From a virus (lineage: Duplodnaviria > Heunggongvirae > Uroviricota > Caudoviricetes): a stretch of 64,000 bases of DNA. The notes below the pieces were generated by a model, which did no database searches, had not been told where the DNA came from, and was given only the letters and a program-made list of their open reading frames with translations. Positions 29,049 to 38,841 of the stretch are shown here, piece by piece. Each line of letters begins with the position of its first letter. Position 1 is the stretch's first letter. The translations under genes were made by a program, and so were the position numbers. The DNA is taken from the IMG/VR virus record IMGVR_UViG_3300028832_000111; one strand, 5' to 3'.

Positions 29049-30086
29049 CTATTGTTGTTCCTCTCCAAAATCAATCCTTTGCTGAAGGAATGTCTCAGCA
29101 TACCATTCGTCATAGGATTTCCCGCTGATCCACCATTGGAAGATGTTCTCACATATCTCGTCTTCCGTACCATTGCCGAAATAGTTCTCTGTCAGGATAT
29201 TCTTTGCGATACCCTGCTCGCGTATCCGCTTGATGGCATTTATCCAGTTGCGCTTGACATGGGGGTAATCCGCCAATTCGATGAGTTTCTGCTTATAATT
29301 TGCCATAGGACAGCAGATACATCCGATACGTTTATATCCTCTGTCATATAGCGAGCAGTGAGGCACTTTCACAACTTCGTTGAGAAAATACCAGACATCA
29401 GACTCAGACCAGTCTATTATCGGATTGACAATGATTTTATCCTTGCCGCCGATACATCTGATTTGTTCCTCGTCTTGTTCACTGAATTGGTCCTGGTTGA
29501 GATGCTGAATCTTCTTGGCAATCTTCTCTTTTCTCCACGTCTCGAAGGCATCGAGGTCCCCGGAGAAGGAGCTGTTGCTAACTTCAACGCTGTTACGTTT
29601 GGAGCGTCTGATGCTTTCCTGTCTGCGTACACCTGTAAGACAGACCGTACCGGCACCTCCAGTCTCTTTAAGAATGGCACAGCACCATCTAATGATACGT
29701 GAAGGCAGCAGATATTTCCCGTTTACGGCAATATTGTAGATGCTGTCCTCGGGTGCATGAGTTATGACATCAGGATAATGTTCGCGACAGAAGCGAATAA
29801 CCTCTGGAGGGTCAATACTCGTAAAGTTCATGTGAGCCTGAAACTTGACACCTGCAAGTTTGGCGATGTGATATAATGCTTGGGAATCCTTGCCTGCTGA
29901 GAAGGCTAAATAGAATCCGTCATCAGGATCATATTGCAAAGCGAGTTTTTCTGCTTTCTTCAACAAATTGATAGACCACTGAAGACGTTCATCAAAACCT
30001 GCCGGTTTCTTTTTTCGATACATTAGAATGATATTGTTTTTCTCCGGGCCGTATATGTCATACAGCCTTCCTGTTGAACAAAGCAA
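29049..30086 (-). CDS. PAPS-reductase-family PP-loop protein (345 aa), DndC/phage PAPS-reductase-like
   Basis: PP-loop LAFSAGKDSQAL and a C-terminal Cys cluster GCICCPMANYK. Confidence 0.75.
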   Translation of the reverse strand: MLCSTGRLYDIYGPEKNNIILMYRKKKPAGFDERLQWSINLLKKAEKLALQYDPDDGFYLAFSAGKDSQALYHIAKLAGVKFQAHMNFTSIDPPEVIRFCREHYPDVITHAPEDSIYNIAVNGKYLLPSRIIRWCCAILKETGGAGTVCLTGVRRQESIRRSKRNSVEVSNSSFSGDLDAFETWRKEKIAKKIQHLNQDQFSEQDEEQIRCIGGKDKIIVNPIIDWSESDVWYFLNEVVKVPHCSLYDRGYKRIGCICCPMANYKQKLIELADYPHVKRNWINAIKRIREQGIAKNILTENYFGNGTEDEICENIFQWWISGKSYDEWYAETFLQQRIDFGEEQQ

Positions 30087-30582
30087 ATTCAGCTTCAGTC
30101 ACGAAACGCCATGAATAACCGCCTGATGTCTTCTGTAATCCACGGCAGGCGGCTGAAATACCATGCCTGCTGACACCTATGGCAGATGCTGCTTCGCGTA
30201 ATGAAGAGAAGTATCTCAGTATTTCACCAAAACAGCCGATGATTACCACCGGCTGCTTGTTCAGATGTTCACTCTTGAATGCGTTGTTGTTCTCTCTGTT
30301 GTCCATCCATCGAAGGTTCTGGACTCTGTTGTCCGTCTTATCACCATTGATATGGTCTATCTGTGACAGACGTCTGGGGTTGGGGATGAAAGCCTGGGCT
30401 ACCAAGCGGTGAACCTTATGATTCTTCTTGACGTTGTTCTTATACAGTCTGACGCGCACGTAACCTCGTTGCGACAACTCTGTCCCTACCACCTTGCCTC
30501 GTTTGTTGATGACAACACCTTCACGGTTTATCTTATAAAGACCCTTATAGCCTTTTACGTCTTTCCACACATCACGTTTCAT
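30058..30582 (-). CDS. HNH homing endonuclease with NUMOD-like DNA-binding modules (174 aa)
   Basis: GYKGLYKINREG (NUMOD4-like), VHRLVAQAFIPNP...IDHINGDKTDNRVQNLRW (HNH) and a C-terminal GVSRHGISAACRG..SGGYSWRF module. Confidence 0.8.
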   Translation of the reverse strand: MKRDVWKDVKGYKGLYKINREGVVINKRGKVVGTELSQRGYVRVRLYKNNVKKNHKVHRLVAQAFIPNPRRLSQIDHINGDKTDNRVQNLRWMDNRENNNAFKSEHLNKQPVVIIGCFGEILRYFSSLREAASAIGVSRHGISAACRGLQKTSGGYSWRFVTEAEFALFNRKAV

Positions 30583-30602
30583 AAGTATTTCTTTTAGGTT
30601 AT

Positions 30603-30781
30603 CTATTCATCTGTTGCTGTCAGGTAAGTGGACAGCTGCACTCTTACGCTGCTCCTTGCTTTTATGGGAATGTCTGTTTTGAGAATATCCCTATGCTGAA
30701 TGTTCTCATAATCCTTGTTGTTCACACAATACCTTGTCAGTAAGGCTGTGTACTCTGAGAGAAATTCACTTTTCGTCATGG
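30603..30781 (-). CDS. hypothetical protein (about 59 aa from internal Met MTKSEF...)
   Basis: Track ORF 30603..30872, trimmed to avoid overlap. Confidence 0.4.
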
Positions 30782-30966
30782 TGATATCGTTGTTCTTTCC
30801 TTTCAAACATCCGAGCCTCAGCGAAGTTGTCCAGACGCTTTTCAAAACCTTCAATCTGCTCCCTAATATCATCGGCGAGGCATCTTACTGCGATGAATAC
30901 AGCGCCAGCAATTATGACAGCGAAAGCGGCTATCACGAGCGCAATAAAGCATAATGCGTCAGTCAT
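30766..30966 (-). CDS. small membrane protein (66 aa)
   Basis: N-terminal TM helix CFIALVIAAFAVIIAGAVFIAV. Confidence 0.45.
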   Translation of the reverse strand: MTDALCFIALVIAAFAVIIAGAVFIAVRCLADDIREQIEGFEKRLDNFAEARMFERKEQRYHHDEK

Positions 30967-30987
30967 ATCTCCTGGTTTTAATCGTTA

Positions 30988-31284
30988 TCAAATCTTGACA
31001 TCTACAATCCATTTCTTGTTATAGGTCTGTGCGGCGTGCATTTCCATAGTACAACCTTTGGAATCAGCCCAGCCGTTGGCGAAGACAACTTCATCAACTT
31101 CCAGAACCTTCTCAATGGTCTTACCCAGACATGTGGCATAGGGTGTGCTTGAATCCGGAACCACATCTTTAGGCGTGAATACCTTAACACCGGGCGCATC
31201 ATACTTCTCATGCGCGGCTTTGCACCTTGCTGGCAGCTCTGCCATGTGATCGGTGCAGGGGATTGAAACGAAAATAGTCTTCAT
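30988..31284 (-). CDS. DUF4406/nucleoside 2-deoxyribosyltransferase-like protein (98 aa)
   Basis: Pattern PYATCLG...VVFANGWADSKGCTME resembles this phage-associated family. Confidence 0.55.
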   Translation of the reverse strand: MKTIFVSIPCTDHMAELPARCKAAHEKYDAPGVKVFTPKDVVPDSSTPYATCLGKTIEKVLEVDEVVFANGWADSKGCTMEMHAAQTYNKKWIVDVKI

Positions 31285-31328
31285 TGTTATGGAAATAAAA
31301 AAGGCATCCTTGTCGGAATGCCTGTCGG

Positions 31329-31796
31329 TTAATAATTAGAATAATCGCAAACTTGGCTGAATACGCTATCTGGCCAGCATAGCATCGTCATACGCATAAA
31401 AGCCTTAAACTTCTTCTTTCTTTTGCGTGGAATACGTGACTTGTGTAAACCAACTTCCCTTCTGAGTTTTCGGAACTGGCGTGCCTGCTTATGGGTGAAA
31501 TTGAGTTTGGCATTCCATTCTGCGGAAGGAGGCGTATATGAAAAATCGTTCTTGCGCACTTCCATCTTCATGTTCTCATTTATGGAAATGACAGCTGTTT
31601 TGTCATAACTGACAACTTTACCGGTGCCTTTATCTATAAGCATGAGCGAACTCAAATCTTTTCCTTGTCCAAAGTCTGCAGCGACAAAGACCGGTTTAGG
31701 TGAATCGTCAAGAATCGAACTTGCTATCATGCGCTTGGCTTCATCCTCCAACTCCTTATGGGCTTTATCCATACCCAAATGAATACCCGCATCCAT
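31329..31796 (-). CDS. hypothetical protein (155 aa)
   Basis: ORF. Confidence 0.6.
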   Translation of the reverse strand: MDAGIHLGMDKAHKELEDEAKRMIASSILDDSPKPVFVAADFGQGKDLSSLMLIDKGTGKVVSYDKTAVISINENMKMEVRKNDFSYTPPSAEWNAKLNFTHKQARQFRKLRREVGLHKSRIPRKRKKKFKAFMRMTMLCWPDSVFSQVCDYSNY

Positions 31797-31797
31797 A

Positions 31798-31998
31798 TCA
31801 ATCCCAATTTATGACAAGAGTAACCTTGTCCGGCTTCTTTCCATCGATGACTCGACCTGTAACCGTATGCTTCTCCGGGATTTCATTGTAATCGCCAAAG
31901 TTGAGGATTACAGTATCTCCGATTTGAGGAACGACTCCGGTCCAATTGGGCCAGCTCTTAATATGCTCTTCCTTTTCGTTTGTGAAATTTACAGTCAT
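31798..31998 (-). CDS. hypothetical protein (66 aa)
   Basis: ORF. Confidence 0.5.
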   Translation of the reverse strand: MTVNFTNEKEEHIKSWPNWTGVVPQIGDTVILNFGDYNEIPEKHTVTGRVIDGKKPDKVTLVINWD

Positions 31999-32177
31999 AA
32001 CAGTTTAATGATTAACAAGATTAGTAACAAGGCAATGATAAGAGCTATGCCACCCCATAATGGAGCAAGCACCCACCACCATGACCAATCAATGTTATGG
32101 GTCAGTTTAAGAACGACGAATACTACCGTCAGCACTCCGCAAAGACCCAAGCCTCTACTTTTGTTGTTGTCTCTCAT
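31995..32177 (-). CDS. small membrane protein (60 aa, two TM helices)
   Basis: GLGLCGVLTVVFVVL...WWWVLAPLWGGIALIIALLLILLII. Confidence 0.45.
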   Translation of the reverse strand: MRDNNKSRGLGLCGVLTVVFVVLKLTHNIDWSWWWVLAPLWGGIALIIALLLILLIIKLL

Positions 32178-32485
32178 ATATCACTTTGTTTTTTAAGTTC
32201 TTCAATAAGAATGTCGGCGTAATGAATGCTTTGTTTGGCAGTTATACGCGGTTCCAAGAGCGTTCCGTATTTACCATAAGCAGCCGCCATAAATCGACTC
32301 GCAGCATCACATCTGAACTCATCCCAATCTTTCCCCTCTGGTTCATCAATTATCTCAAAAGCGCCATCTGCAGGCGTAAAGAATCTCAATTTGTTATTCT
32401 CATCAATTCCTGATGCTGTCCCAAATTCCTTAGAGATTCCAAAATCCCTAAATACTTCGCCTGTAACAGTGTTTCTTGCTTTCAT
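32174..32485 (-). CDS. hypothetical protein (103 aa)
   Basis: ORF. Confidence 0.6.
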   Translation of the reverse strand: MKARNTVTGEVFRDFGISKEFGTASGIDENNKLRFFTPADGAFEIIDEPEGKDWDEFRCDAASRFMAAAYGKYGTLLEPRITAKQSIHYADILIEELKKQSDI

Positions 32486-32489
32486 TATT

Positions 32490-33122
32490 TCACTTGTTTA
32501 AAAGGTTAGCCTTCAGCCTGAATCTCTTACTAAAGTCACATGGACGCGATACGGGTATGTCCCTACCCAGACTGCATGAATCGCACATGCTGCAAGGCAC
32601 CATAGCCCTAATGAAATCTGCAACATCAATGTATTTGATACCGGCATTACGAGCACACTGTAAGTCTGTATCTGAGAACTGACCTATAAGACCGCTTGCA
32701 TCGCCGATCATGAGCGCATTACGAGGGTTGAAGTCATTGCCGCCAACATAATCGTGACGCAACCAATCTATCATTCCGGTGTTGGGCTTGCGATACTTAC
32801 AGTTCTTATCGTTGGAGGTGCAGTAAGTGGCATAGACAATATAATCACCCCACGACCGGATTTCATCCTTAATAACCCTCAGTTTAGTTGCGAATTTACC
32901 TTCATCGACGAAACCCTTTTCGATACCACCTTGATTGGTTACGATGAAAACGTACTTGGGATTATACTCTTGGATGGCCTCCCTGATGTTCTTCTTGAAT
33001 TTCCAATCGTCCTCATTCTCAGGAAAAGTCTTACCGCTCTTTGTTTCTATCAGTGTGCCGTCAAGGTCACATATAAGTACCTTCTGGTTGAAAAAGTTGA
33101 AGAATTTTTGTAACTTATTCAT
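32490..33122 (-). CDS. polynucleotide 3'-phosphatase, HAD-family (PNKP phosphatase-domain-like)
   Basis: VLICDLDGTLI (DxDGT) followed by FIVTNQGGI and LMIGDASG. The start is taken at the internal Met that avoids overlap; the track ORF extends to 33200. Confidence 0.7.
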   Translation of the reverse strand: MNKLQKFFNFFNQKVLICDLDGTLIETKSGKTFPENEDDWKFKKNIREAIQEYNPKYVFIVTNQGGIEKGFVDEGKFATKLRVIKDEIRSWGDYIVYATYCTSNDKNCKYRKPNTGMIDWLRHDYVGGNDFNPRNALMIGDASGLIGQFSDTDLQCARNAGIKYIDVADFIRAMVPCSMCDSCSLGRDIPVSRPCDFSKRFRLKANLLNK

Positions 33123-33358
33123 GCTTCTAAAATGTCTTGTTTTGATACTGATGGAAGAAGCGGCTGCAAGGGTTTGTTGAATGTCATCACACCAAGCCAC
33201 AGCTTCTTGGTCTTTTTAAGCACTTTGATTTCTTCATCGGTCAACTCCCAGCATGTGATGATTGTATTGTCGTTAATCCTCTGTGCCGGTAATGGAAGAT
33301 ACTCTGGTTGATTCTTTGCGTATGTCGTATTTACGCCCTCAAACTCTACTGGTTTCAT
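33119..33358 (-). CDS. hypothetical protein (79 aa)
   Basis: ORF. Confidence 0.5.
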   Translation of the reverse strand: MKPVEFEGVNTTYAKNQPEYLPLPAQRINDNTIITCWELTDEEIKVLKKTKKLWLGVMTFNKPLQPLLPSVSKQDILEA

Positions 33359-33672
33359 ATTGTGTGTTTGTTAAATTCGTTTGCCATCCAGAGTGAACCC
33401 TGATAGCCAAGGGTTCTACCAATATCGGCAAAACCCATATTGCTGTGTACAAACAACTCATTAGCTATTTTTGTGTAACGCTTATTGTACTTACTGAGTT
33501 GCAAATGCAGTAATTTATTGCCATACCTGCGCATTTCTTCTCGCACCCACATGCGCCTTTCTATATCGGTTATCCACCAATAATATGGAGGCTCATATAC
33601 AGGAAGACCCGCCATAGTACCATGAGCGACCACAGCGTTGGCAATACATAACTCGTCTAATTTCTTCATCAC
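33355..33672 (-). CDS. hypothetical protein (105 aa)
   Basis: ORF. Confidence 0.6.
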   Translation of the reverse strand: MMKKLDELCIANAVVAHGTMAGLPVYEPPYYWWITDIERRMWVREEMRRYGNKLLHLQLSKYNKRYTKIANELFVHSNMGFADIGRTLGYQGSLWMANEFNKHTI

Positions 33673-34271
33673 TGTATATCAACAAAGTCAATCATCAGAA
33701 ACTCATGGCTCGTCCCCTTCTCAAGATTCTCCTTGTTGTGATGTTTGGCATAATACCAAGGACAGAGGTCATCGATACGCCTCAGCCACTTGGGACCGTT
33801 CGGAAAGAGGCTCGTTGTACTTGAATACTTATGCTCAATATCCGGAAGTGGATTGCCGAAATCGTATATGGGATGCTTGCAACCCCAATCAGTGCGATTG
33901 TTACCGCCACAGAAGATGATGTTAGGAAACTCATTTTGAAGGTGTCTGCAGTATTGGCGGAAACAACCTTCCTGAAACTCATCACTCTTGTTCGTTTCGA
34001 GGACCACCCTCATCCCGCAGCTACCCTTATGATCAAGAATCGAAAGAGCAACGGACAAAGTATCTTCATTGTCCATATACTCAATAAGCCCATGACATAT
34101 TATTCGCTCTCTCTTCTTGTCAAATCTGACCCTTAAGTCAAAGAAGCGAGCGCCACATCTAAACTGCTGATATGTGGTTATTCTCTGGCAGCGTGCCATC
34201 CATGCGAAAGGCTTCATCCACCATTTGCGTACCGGCAGATAGCTGAAGGTATTATGTGATGCAAGTTTCAT
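33669..34271 (-). CDS. PI-PLC X-domain-like phosphodiesterase (200 aa), tentative
   Basis: LASHNTFSY...ARFFDLRVRF resembles the PI-PLC/GDPD-like catalytic start. Confidence 0.45.
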   Translation of the reverse strand: MKLASHNTFSYLPVRKWWMKPFAWMARCQRITTYQQFRCGARFFDLRVRFDKKRERIICHGLIEYMDNEDTLSVALSILDHKGSCGMRVVLETNKSDEFQEGCFRQYCRHLQNEFPNIIFCGGNNRTDWGCKHPIYDFGNPLPDIEHKYSSTTSLFPNGPKWLRRIDDLCPWYYAKHHNKENLEKGTSHEFLMIDFVDIQ

Positions 34272-34401
34272 ATATAAACGTTTACTGGGGTTCCGGAACT
34301 GACATGCTCTGTCTGCCGTGTGTTATAAGCAACACATTCATTCTTTAGCGTACAGGAAGAACAAACACTATCATTCACTGTCCGGTTGTTGAAATAGCAC
34401 T

Positions 34402-34734
34402 TCATTTCTTCTTTGCTGTCAGTTGTTTGAATATTTCTAATAGCTCCTTATCGCTGGCATTGGGATTCTCGCGCAACACTTCAAGGAATCTGTCACGTTT
34501 GAGTTCCTTGTAATACTTGACGAAATCAGAACGGCAAAGGTCTGCAGGTTCACCCGGCTCAATGGCATGTTCACGACCATCCTTTTCTGCTTCGGCGGAA
34601 CACTGGAACACATCCTTACCTTCCTTGTTTACAATCAAGAAATCATGCCCGTCAATTCCTATACGTCCATAATATCTTGCTACGCTGAATTGTGAGTTCG
34701 CCCAGAACTCCTCTGTCATACAAATAATATTCAT
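34402..34734 (-). CDS. hypothetical protein (110 aa)
   Basis: ORF. Confidence 0.6.
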   Translation of the reverse strand: MNIICMTEEFWANSQFSVARYYGRIGIDGHDFLIVNKEGKDVFQCSAEAEKDGREHAIEPGEPADLCRSDFVKYYKELKRDRFLEVLRENPNASDKELLEIFKQLTAKKK

Positions 34735-36467
34735 ATTGCTTGTCTTGTGAGGTTTAATTTAGTAGCAAGTGCTTCACATAACATACGGGACATATTTACC
34801 TCCACGGCATTGCCTATATATTTCTTCTGCTCTGCCTGAGTGCCGATAAGCACATAATCATCAGGGAAGCCCATGATACGTTTAAGTTCACCCACATTCA
34901 GCATACGCATCTTGATATCCACTATACCGTATGCAGCCATGAACTCTTTGACCTTGCACGTCATTGATGAATCCGAATCATATACAGCGATTCCGACTTC
35001 TCCGCTCTCTGTGCTTATCAGATACGGAGGCATCTTGTCCATCCGGGCTATCAATGTGAAACAGGGCTTGTCTATGGAACCTCCTGCAGATGCAAACTGC
35101 GGATTCATCAGATAGTGGTACTTATAGTTGGCTGTCACTACCGGTGCTGGAGAATCTATGCTGCTACCCACATTCTTGAAGTTGGTATTCGCCAGCCAGC
35201 GTTTAGCCGTGACTAAATGCTGTTTCGGTTTGGTAAGTATAGCGGGTGAAGGTTTCTCTATATCAGAAAGCTGTCCTCCGCCACTATACTCATTGGCAAA
35301 GAACTGGCTTGAAATAAGCTCAATTCTGTCCTGGCATGTCACAGTAGGTGAAGGCTTGTCAATATCTCTATTACAACCGTGTCCATAATGAACCGAAAGG
35401 AAAGCATGATGGTCTTTGGTTGTCACAGTACCCGCTGGCTCTTCAATAGATTGGTTATGCTCTGCGCCACCATAATACAGACTCAGGAAATTACACTTGC
35501 ATAAACCTAATCTGTTTTGCACAGCAACAGTAGGACAGGGCTCGTCGATAGAGGGTGCATTATGGCTTCTATCTTTATTCATGGAGTTGTACTTTAGGAT
35601 CCAGGCGTCACATTTCTGCTTACCTCCTGCCACAAACTTCACCAATCCTGCATAGATGCGCTCCAATGTAGCTTCACATAACGGTTTCTTTCTACCAAAG
35701 ATGCTTTCCCCTTCATCCTGCAGGTCTAACACCTCACGTACAGGTTTCCATTTCCGGTACTGATGGAAAAGCCCACCTTCGTCACCGTTCTTCGCATAGG
35801 TCTGATGCGGGAAGACAAGCGGTAATCCATGACGGGCGAAAAGACCGAAAAAGCGCTTACGGCTTGTGTATGCGCCAAAATCAGCTGCGTTAAGCAACCT
35901 GTAGTCAAAATCATACCCATAATGTTTGACGTTGTTCACCCAACGAACATAACTGCTACCCCGGTCTTTACTCAAAGGCTTGCCGTTCTTGTCGAGCTCT
36001 CCCCAGCACATAAACTCTTCCACATTCTCTATCTGGATATAATCCGGTCTGATAGCCTCAATGTATCGGAATAGATGCTCAGCCAGAGTTCGGGAGTCTG
36101 CGTCACGTGGTTGACCACCCTTGGCCTTGGAGAAGTTTGTACATTCAAGTGAAGCGTGCAACAGGATATATGAACCTGGATGAAAAGTCCGGACAGCTTC
36201 CGTCAACTGCTCCAATCCGCCTAAGTTGAGGGTACGTATATCTTCGATATAATGCAGAACGGATTGGTGATTCGCAGCATGAGATGCAATAGCGTTCGGA
36301 TCATGGTTGACGCAGGCTATGACCTTGGCGCATTTCTTACCATCCACCATAGCCAGTTCAATACCTGTCGTTTCACCGCCCGCGCCACAGAAAAGGTCTA
36401 TGGCAAAGACCGTATAGTGAGGGCAAGTCTTGATATACTGCAGTTGCTTGTCTAATTCGTCAATCAT
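34731..36467 (-). CDS. DNA (cytosine-5) methyltransferase with six tandem target-recognition-like modules (578 aa)
   Basis: Motif I DLFCGAGG and motif IV-like region. ENV motif NVEEF. Six repeats of (S/D)I(D/E)xP(S/C/A)PT(V/I) spaced about 25-35 aa apart. Confidence 0.85.
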   Translation of the reverse strand: MIDELDKQLQYIKTCPHYTVFAIDLFCGAGGETTGIELAMVDGKKCAKVIACVNHDPNAIASHAANHQSVLHYIEDIRTLNLGGLEQLTEAVRTFHPGSYILLHASLECTNFSKAKGGQPRDADSRTLAEHLFRYIEAIRPDYIQIENVEEFMCWGELDKNGKPLSKDRGSSYVRWVNNVKHYGYDFDYRLLNAADFGAYTSRKRFFGLFARHGLPLVFPHQTYAKNGDEGGLFHQYRKWKPVREVLDLQDEGESIFGRKKPLCEATLERIYAGLVKFVAGGKQKCDAWILKYNSMNKDRSHNAPSIDEPCPTVAVQNRLGLCKCNFLSLYYGGAEHNQSIEEPAGTVTTKDHHAFLSVHYGHGCNRDIDKPSPTVTCQDRIELISSQFFANEYSGGGQLSDIEKPSPAILTKPKQHLVTAKRWLANTNFKNVGSSIDSPAPVVTANYKYHYLMNPQFASAGGSIDKPCFTLIARMDKMPPYLISTESGEVGIAVYDSDSSMTCKVKEFMAAYGIVDIKMRMLNVGELKRIMGFPDDYVLIGTQAEQKKYIGNAVEVNMSRMLCEALATKLNLTRQAI

Positions 36468-37239
36468 TATCGTCTTGCTTTATAAGTGGCATCTGTTTCC
36501 ACTGCTGACCGTCCAGTACAGAACCGTTCAGATATTTGCTGCGTTTGATACCATCCGGGCCGAACGCACCCCATTGCTTGAAAAAGAAAGGCGTGCCGGT
36601 CTCGACACACCTGTCACGAAGATTCCGAAACCATTCAATCGGTGTCCTTCGGGCTCGCGAACCGCTTTCGCCTCCTGTAATCACCCAATCAATACCGTCA
36701 AGGTTTATATCCGCCATGTCACCCAACAGAGGCTCGCATGACAGGAACTTGACAGTCTTGCTATGGAAATCGGTGAGAAGACTCACACGGTTAATATCAC
36801 GGAGAAGACTCACCCTGTCATAATGTTTGGCACTCTCGCAGGTGACACCGAGCCATGCGTTCTTCGGAACATCCTCATGTTGAAAATATGAATACATCGC
36901 TCCAGCCCGCTTGGTGAGAATTTGGAACGTGTGCTGCGGATTCTCGCTGATCACGTTCATCACCTCGTCAATGAACTGGATAGGAACATCATCATGGAAC
37001 AGGTCGCCCATAGAGCAAACGAAGACCATGCATGGTTTCTTCCACTTGTAAGGCTCATAGAGGCTTTCCGGGTGAATCGTCACCTTGAATCCATCCTTGT
37101 ATTTCTCCTTGCTGCCAGGCATTCCGCTCAGACGTCTTGCCATCACTTCAGCATAACAGTTCTGGCAAGCCTCACTGACCTTAGTGCAGCCCGATACGGG
37201 ATTCCATACCTTGTTGGTCCACTCTATTTTTGTACCCAT
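36460..37239 (-). CDS. Gp37/Gp68-family (DUF5131) phage protein (259 aa)
   Basis: TKIEWTNKVWNPVSGCTKVSEACQNCYA N-terminal Cys motif and ...WVITGGESG...PFFFKQWG. Confidence 0.75.
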   Translation of the reverse strand: MGTKIEWTNKVWNPVSGCTKVSEACQNCYAEVMARRLSGMPGSKEKYKDGFKVTIHPESLYEPYKWKKPCMVFVCSMGDLFHDDVPIQFIDEVMNVISENPQHTFQILTKRAGAMYSYFQHEDVPKNAWLGVTCESAKHYDRVSLLRDINRVSLLTDFHSKTVKFLSCEPLLGDMADINLDGIDWVITGGESGSRARRTPIEWFRNLRDRCVETGTPFFFKQWGAFGPDGIKRSKYLNGSVLDGQQWKQMPLIKQDDND

Positions 37240-37250
37240 TGTTCAGATGA

Positions 37251-37625
37251 TTACTCTTGGTTGTCTTCTTCCATAACCTGAAAGCGTGCGTGGGTCATAG
37301 CTTCGCACAGGAAGCTGGAGAATCCGCATACGAACTTCTCGTTCCTGCTCAGCGTAGTCTCACCCATAGTATCGAGAATAGCATGAGTCAATTCGTGATA
37401 GAAAGTGTTGCGCTTGCTATCTTGGCTCTGCTGGTCACACTTGTCGAATTTCTCGGCAATCTCGATGTAGCTGCCTGCGATGCAGCATTCTCCGAGGTTA
37501 TTACTCGAACATCTCTCGACCTGACGAATCTCGATGTTCGCCCCCCCGATTCGGACGGTTGGGGGTATCTCCTTATAGTTGATTTTCATTATGGTTTCTT
37601 TATGTTTTTTGAAAACAGAGAACAA
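37251..37625 (-). CDS. HExxH zinc-metallopeptidase-like protein (124 aa)
   Basis: FYHELTHAILD. Confidence 0.5.
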   Translation of the reverse strand: MFSVFKKHKETIMKINYKEIPPTVRIGGANIEIRQVERCSSNNLGECCIAGSYIEIAEKFDKCDQQSQDSKRNTFYHELTHAILDTMGETTLSRNEKFVCGFSSFLCEAMTHARFQVMEEDNQE

Positions 37626-37898
37626 GTACCAGCCATAGCGTTAAGCGCGGCTATCTGTTCCTCGCGTGACAAATCATCCCAGACCGTCACATTATTGTCG
37701 GCTTTGAACTGCACCATGATGTCCGGCAGTTTCTCGTCGATGATTATAGTAGATTGAATGATTCTCATAACTTGCTCTTGATTTCGTGAAGCAAATCCTT
37801 GATCTGACGCAGGTAGTTCTCTATGTACAGCAACCGGTCATCCATGTTGTTGAGAAGCAAGAGGAACACCACGGCAATGATTATAATAAACAACACTT

Positions 37899-38354
37899 TC
37901 ATACTTTCTCCTTGTGTTTACGTCTTATGAACTCATAAGCAAGCCCTGCGCCATACTCAAAGGCACTGCAATCCATTGCCGCAGCGTAGGTGCGACCACC
38001 TTCGGGTATCGGATATCTGATATCTTTCTCTCGGTACATAGCCTCATAGGGCTTATCTTTGTTCAAGTACCTCCATTCGGCACCAAGGATAGCCTGTTCG
38101 ATAAGCCGCGAACGGTTGGGTTCAGGCTGATATTTGAAGAAGTCTATCGCCGCATCACGAACTTCTTCCGTGATAGCGTGAGAGGTGCTGTTATACTTCT
38201 CAAGCCATCCCATCTGCCAACAACGGAATAGGAAGTTGTCCAACACCTTCATCTCGTCCTCTGAGGTTTCAATGTTGGTTTTCTCCAGCATATCCTTCTT
38301 CGCGGCAGCTATGATCTGAAAGCGGTTATCACCGCACATAACATTATCACACAT
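37899..38354 (-). CDS. hypothetical protein (about 151 aa)
   Basis: ORF trimmed to Met MCDNVMC adjacent to the upstream stop. Confidence 0.5.
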   Translation of the reverse strand: MCDNVMCGDNRFQIIAAAKKDMLEKTNIETSEDEMKVLDNFLFRCWQMGWLEKYNSTSHAITEEVRDAAIDFFKYQPEPNRSRLIEQAILGAEWRYLNKDKPYEAMYREKDIRYPIPEGGRTYAAAMDCSAFEYGAGLAYEFIRRKHKEKV

Positions 38355-38355
38355 G

Positions 38356-38829
38356 TTATTTCTCTTTTTTGAATCGTTCAAGTATCTCAGTATAATAACC
38401 TTCTTTGGTGTTGGTAAACTTCTTGTCATGGACAAGTGCATCAGCAATGCTGACTATCTTCTCGATGTCCTGCCATGTCATTTCATGCGGCTCAACCTCC
38501 TTGATGACATTGAGGTCAATCCATGTCTGACCGGATATGATGGTATAGACAACCCTGTTATTGGGTTTTCCGCCATCATCCTTGGCGACACGCTTCGGCG
38601 CATCATATTTCGTACCGATAACCTCAGACAGTTTCTCTGCAAGGACGTCGGCAGAAGAATGCTCCTCAACCCAGGGCATCGCCATAAGGTCAAGGTCATG
38701 TACTATTGAGCCGTGCAAGGCAACAGCCCAGCCGTGTTCATAAGCAACCCTGCGTATCTCCGGCCACATGAACACCCAAAAGATGCAGTTATTATCTTTC
38801 AGTTTCTCCAAGTCAAACATGGCAGTCAA
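38356..38829 (-). CDS. nucleotidyltransferase-fold-like protein (157 aa), tentative
   Basis: ALHGSIVHDLDLMAM (GS...DxD). Confidence 0.45.
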   Translation of the reverse strand: MTAMFDLEKLKDNNCIFWVFMWPEIRRVAYEHGWAVALHGSIVHDLDLMAMPWVEEHSSADVLAEKLSEVIGTKYDAPKRVAKDDGGKPNNRVVYTIISGQTWIDLNVIKEVEPHEMTWQDIEKIVSIADALVHDKKFTNTKEGYYTEILERFKKEK

Positions 38830-38841
38830 TGCTGTTTAATG

